DNA of 64,000 bases, taken from NCBI GenBank assembly GCA_963817525.1, contig CAWFOU010000001.1:480001-544000 (forward strand), written 5' to 3'. Both the position numbers and the translations under genes were made by a program. This document shows positions 61,221 through 64,000 of the stretch, piece by piece; position 1 is the first letter of the stretch; every line of letters begins with the position of its first letter. Origin of the DNA: an uncultured archaeon (GTDB taxonomy: Archaea; Thermoproteota; Nitrososphaeria; Nitrososphaerales; Gagatemarchaeaceae). The notes under the pieces were generated by a model, which worked only from the letters and a program-made list of their open reading frames with translations, made no database searches and was not told the DNA's origin.

Positions 61221-61373
61221 CCACTCGGGGTCTAGCCAACAATCAGAAGTTTAGACTGTTGAGTCGATTCGGAGGCGCAATTAACCCTAATGCACGGCAA
61301 CCCACGCTTCCCTCGGCGCTTCGAGGTTTGTTCCATCGGGTTCAATAGCCACCGACCTCATCATCAATCTTGA

Positions 61374-63080
61374 GTGACGATGAAGAGAAGCTCAATCGTC
61401 GCCCTTGCCGTGGCATTGGCAGCGGTTGTTGCGGTCGTTGCAATCACCGCGATGCCTCCGAGCTCTAGCTCAAGTACGGCTTCGTCTGTTTCGTCCAGCC
61501 AGTCTGGTACTGCCACCCCAATCACAGGCCAGCTAGGCTCCTGGAACCGCACGAACAGCTATCCGCTTCCCGTTGTCGCCATGGGGTGCGTGACTTCAGA
61601 GGGATTCGCCTACTGCGTAGGAGGGGGCGACGAGGCCGCGCCAAGGGGTTCTGGCGGCTTGAACAACACCTACTACGCCTCCCTATCGGCTTCAGGCCTT
61701 GGTCCATGGATCAGAACCGCTGACTATCCGTCGTCGATACTGAATCCTAGCTGCACCGCAACCTCCGGGTACATTTACTGCGTGAGCGGCACTGCCGGCC
61801 AGACGAGCAGCACCAGTCTCAATCTCACCGGCGATGTCTTTTACGCTCCTCTGTCGCCGACAGGCATCGGCCGGTGGGCAAAGACAACTCCATTCCCAAA
61901 CCCGATAAGCCCGCCTCGTTGTGTCGTAGACTCGGGCTTCATCTACTGCGTCACCCAGAATTCGACCGGTCCCTCCTTGCCCGCGGGCAACACCTACTTC
62001 GCGCGCCTATCATCTGCAGGGGTCGGCAAGTGGACGGAATCCACGCAGATCCCGAGTAACCCTCTGGGCTGCGTCGCAAGCGGGGGGTACGCCTACTGTT
62101 TCGGCGGAGCCTGTCCTCCCTTTCCGACCCAGTGCACGACTCCTTCGTATTACGCCCCGCTGTCTTCTCAGGGAATAGGCCGCTGGACTCAAACCTCTAG
62201 TTTACCGACGGCGGCGCAGGACATCTACGCGGCTGGCGATTCCTACCTTTACTTCTTCGCCACCCCGAACCCTCTCGTGGCCCATCTTTCGTCGAGCGGG
62301 ATTGGGTCGTGGAACGCCACGACACCATATCCTGAAGAAAGCCCGGCAGGTTGCGTTACGAGCGGCGAATACATGTACTGTATAGGCAGTGACAGAATCG
62401 ATTTCACGCCATCACAAAACGTCTATTTCACGAGGATGGGCTTCGTTGGTGCGCCGAATAGCGGGGCGAGCGGAGTCGGTGCCTCAACGGTCGCGTCCGA
62501 CGGACTCAAGTTATCGACCTCGATAAACGCGACCGAGCTTAACGTAGGACAGAGGCTGGGTGTCTCGATTTCGTTGTACAATACACTTGCCGGAGTCAAT
62601 ACAGTCAATACATCAGCGAACTGGCCATTCAATGGAGTTGCCCTGCAACTGTGGCCGTATTGCTATGGCGTCCCTGCGCGGATAGCCATCCTCGAAGGCA
62701 ATTACAGCATGCAGGAACTTCTGGCGGTTACGAACGTCACCTTCCAATTCATGTGCTCGGGAGGTCCAGCGTACATCGATTCCGCCGTCTTTCAGCCGAT
62801 GAGCGATCAGGTCAACCTCACAGGGACCTATTGTGCGCCGCCCGGCCCGCCTGCCGGCTGCGCGAACGGGACCGACGGCCCGTATTTTCTATCTCTCAAT
62901 TTCACGACTAGCGGCTACTACGACCTTGGAAACCTCTCCCAACAGGCCTTCGAGCCGGTCATTAGTCAACCAAGCGGGCCACCTGTCCCTACCATCTCCT
63001 TCACTCCAGGAATCTACACAGTCGCGGTGGCGGACGAGTGGGGGCAGGCTGTCGTGCTTCACTTCACCGTGACCAGCTGA
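61374..63080 (+). CDS. Anchored/secreted Kelch-like beta-propeller protein with C-terminal beta domain
   Basis: N-terminal TM; about 6 repeats of C..S.GYIYC.GG...YYA.LS..G.G.W..T..YP. Confidence 0.8.
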   Translation: MTMKRSSIVALAVALAAVVAVVAITAMPPSSSSSTASSVSSSQSGTATPITGQLGSWNRTNSYPLPVVAMGCVTSEGFAYCVGGGDEAAPRGSGGLNNTYYASLSASGLGPWIRTADYPSSILNPSCTATSGYIYCVSGTAGQTSSTSLNLTGDVFYAPLSPTGIGRWAKTTPFPNPISPPRCVVDSGFIYCVTQNSTGPSLPAGNTYFARLSSAGVGKWTESTQIPSNPLGCVASGGYAYCFGGACPPFPTQCTTPSYYAPLSSQGIGRWTQTSSLPTAAQDIYAAGDSYLYFFATPNPLVAHLSSSGIGSWNATTPYPEESPAGCVTSGEYMYCIGSDRIDFTPSQNVYFTRMGFVGAPNSGASGVGASTVASDGLKLSTSINATELNVGQRLGVSISLYNTLAGVNTVNTSANWPFNGVALQLWPYCYGVPARIAILEGNYSMQELLAVTNVTFQFMCSGGPAYIDSAVFQPMSDQVNLTGTYCAPPGPPAGCANGTDGPYFLSLNFTTSGYYDLGNLSQQAFEPVISQPSGPPVPTISFTPGIYTVAVADEWGQAVVLHFTVTS

Positions 63081-63157
63081 TCAAATCCCCCGGCGGAGGC
63101 GCATTGAACCCCTATGCATGGCGGCTTTGCACACCACTAGTGAACCCGTGCAGCTCT

Positions 63158-64000
63158 CTACCCTGCCACAACGGTGGTAGAGACGGTAGTCTCGCCCAGG
63201 GATCCCCATGCGGCCGCCACGAACGTCAGGACGTAGGCATCGCCTCTCACCACCGAGAGCCTCCCCGGCCCGTCAATCGCCAACTCATAGGAGACGCTGA
63301 ACCGGTCTGGCGCGCCGGGAGAGAGCGTGTCGTGTCCGACTCCCGCTGTCCCGATATATGTCCCGTTGACCAAAAAGTCGACCTCCTCGATTTGGCTGGT
63401 CGAGTTGAACGACAATGCCGCGGACAGCGTTGGTACGCTCCCGGACAGCAGCGAGGCGCCTCGTAGCGACACTATGGGGGCGGGGGCTGTCGCCGTAGTG
63501 GTGAACCCTCCTCCTTGAGGCTCGCGCAAGGACGTGGTCGAGCCGTCAGCAGCTATGACCGTGCACGTCAGGCCGCCCTGGGGCATGTAGTACACGCCGG
63601 AGCCCCCAGTGAAGATGGCTGTGGTGTTGGCCTCCTGCCCCGGTTGTACCGGGTTACTCGGCGATACGTCCAGCTGAATCGTCGTCGCGCTCGCATCCGT
63701 GATGAGGCCCTCGTCGGTGGCGTTGGCGGCGACGAAGCCGACCGCCTCGACGCAGACGGCGGCAATCTGCACCGGGGAGCCGCCGGTGTTGTTCCAGCCC
63801 ACGCTCAGCACCGAGGGGCCTGTGCCCACCGCACCCGTCCCCACCAGGCTGGCGGCCGCATCGCCGGTGAGCGGGATGGCCGAGGAGTTGGAGCAGAAGC
63901 GCGAGACGAACGTGCCGTTCACGGCGTACGCCACGGGCACAGATTGGACTGCGCTGGTCACGCTCTGGCCAGCGGTACTGGACGATTCCACGCTGGCGCT
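63158..64000 (-). CDS. Secreted Ser/Thr-rich beta-sandwich protein, 5' truncated
   Basis: Open frame to the window end; WNNTGGSPVQI resembles pilin/Ig-like strands. Confidence 0.55.
   Translation of the reverse strand, partial: SASVESSSTAGQSVTSAVQSVPVAYAVNGTFVSRFCSNSSAIPLTGDAAASLVGTGAVGTGPSVLSVGWNNTGGSPVQIAAVCVEAVGFVAANATDEGLITDASATTIQLDVSPSNPVQPGQEANTTAIFTGGSGVYYMPQGGLTCTVIAADGSTTSLREPQGGGFTTTATAPAPIVSLRGASLLSGSVPTLSAALSFNSTSQIEEVDFLVNGTYIGTAGVGHDTLSPGAPDRFSVSYELAIDGPGRLSVVRGDAYVLTFVAAAWGSLGETTVSTTVVAG

Noticed and set aside
137-63765. Many long alternative-frame and antisense ORFs (for example 137..1006, 43919..44884, 52176..52994, 53908..54963)
   Set aside because: Arg/Gly/Pro-rich shadow ORFs typical of high-GC coding DNA, overlapping well-supported genes.

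Overview
GC-rich archaeal chromosome segment. Gene style (archaeal pilins, HTH_45 and Lrp-like regulators, single-domain KaiC/RAD55 ATPases, FtsZ2, PIN-type TA pairs) suggests a non-ammonia-oxidising Nitrososphaerota-like archaeon; this taxonomy is inference. Layout: (1-9.6 kb) beta-helix surface protein, two VapBC pairs, methyltransferase, ftsZ, cyclophilin, AN1-M50 protease and CruF-like protein; (9.8-39.6 kb) a type IV pilus locus with two giant pilin-headed adhesins, a minor pilin, an Ig-like surface protein, a TadC/ArlJ-like platform protein, an assembly ATPase, a glycosylation cluster containing a split NAD synthetase, and two major pilins; (40-49 kb) coiled-coil proteins, two more TA pairs, and a VWA protein with an intein-containing MoxR/CbbQ AAA+ ATPase; (50-60 kb) four KaiC-like ATPases, a membrane receptor-like protein with a degenerate KaiC domain, and an Lrp-like regulator-UbiA-polyprenyl synthase operon; (60-64 kb) membrane and secreted proteins. 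The most striking observation is that the giant adhesins appear to be built by recursive (Russian-doll) domain insertion: four N-halves of a repeat domain are followed by four C-halves. Also notable are the KaiC/isoprenoid module, an intergenic ATCGACGTCGAT palindrome family around ftsZ, and a family of small C2H2-like proteins. About eight genes carry frameshifts, most plausibly assembly indels. I recognised no rRNA, tRNA or CRISPR array. Coordinates not taken from the ORF track were read by eye.
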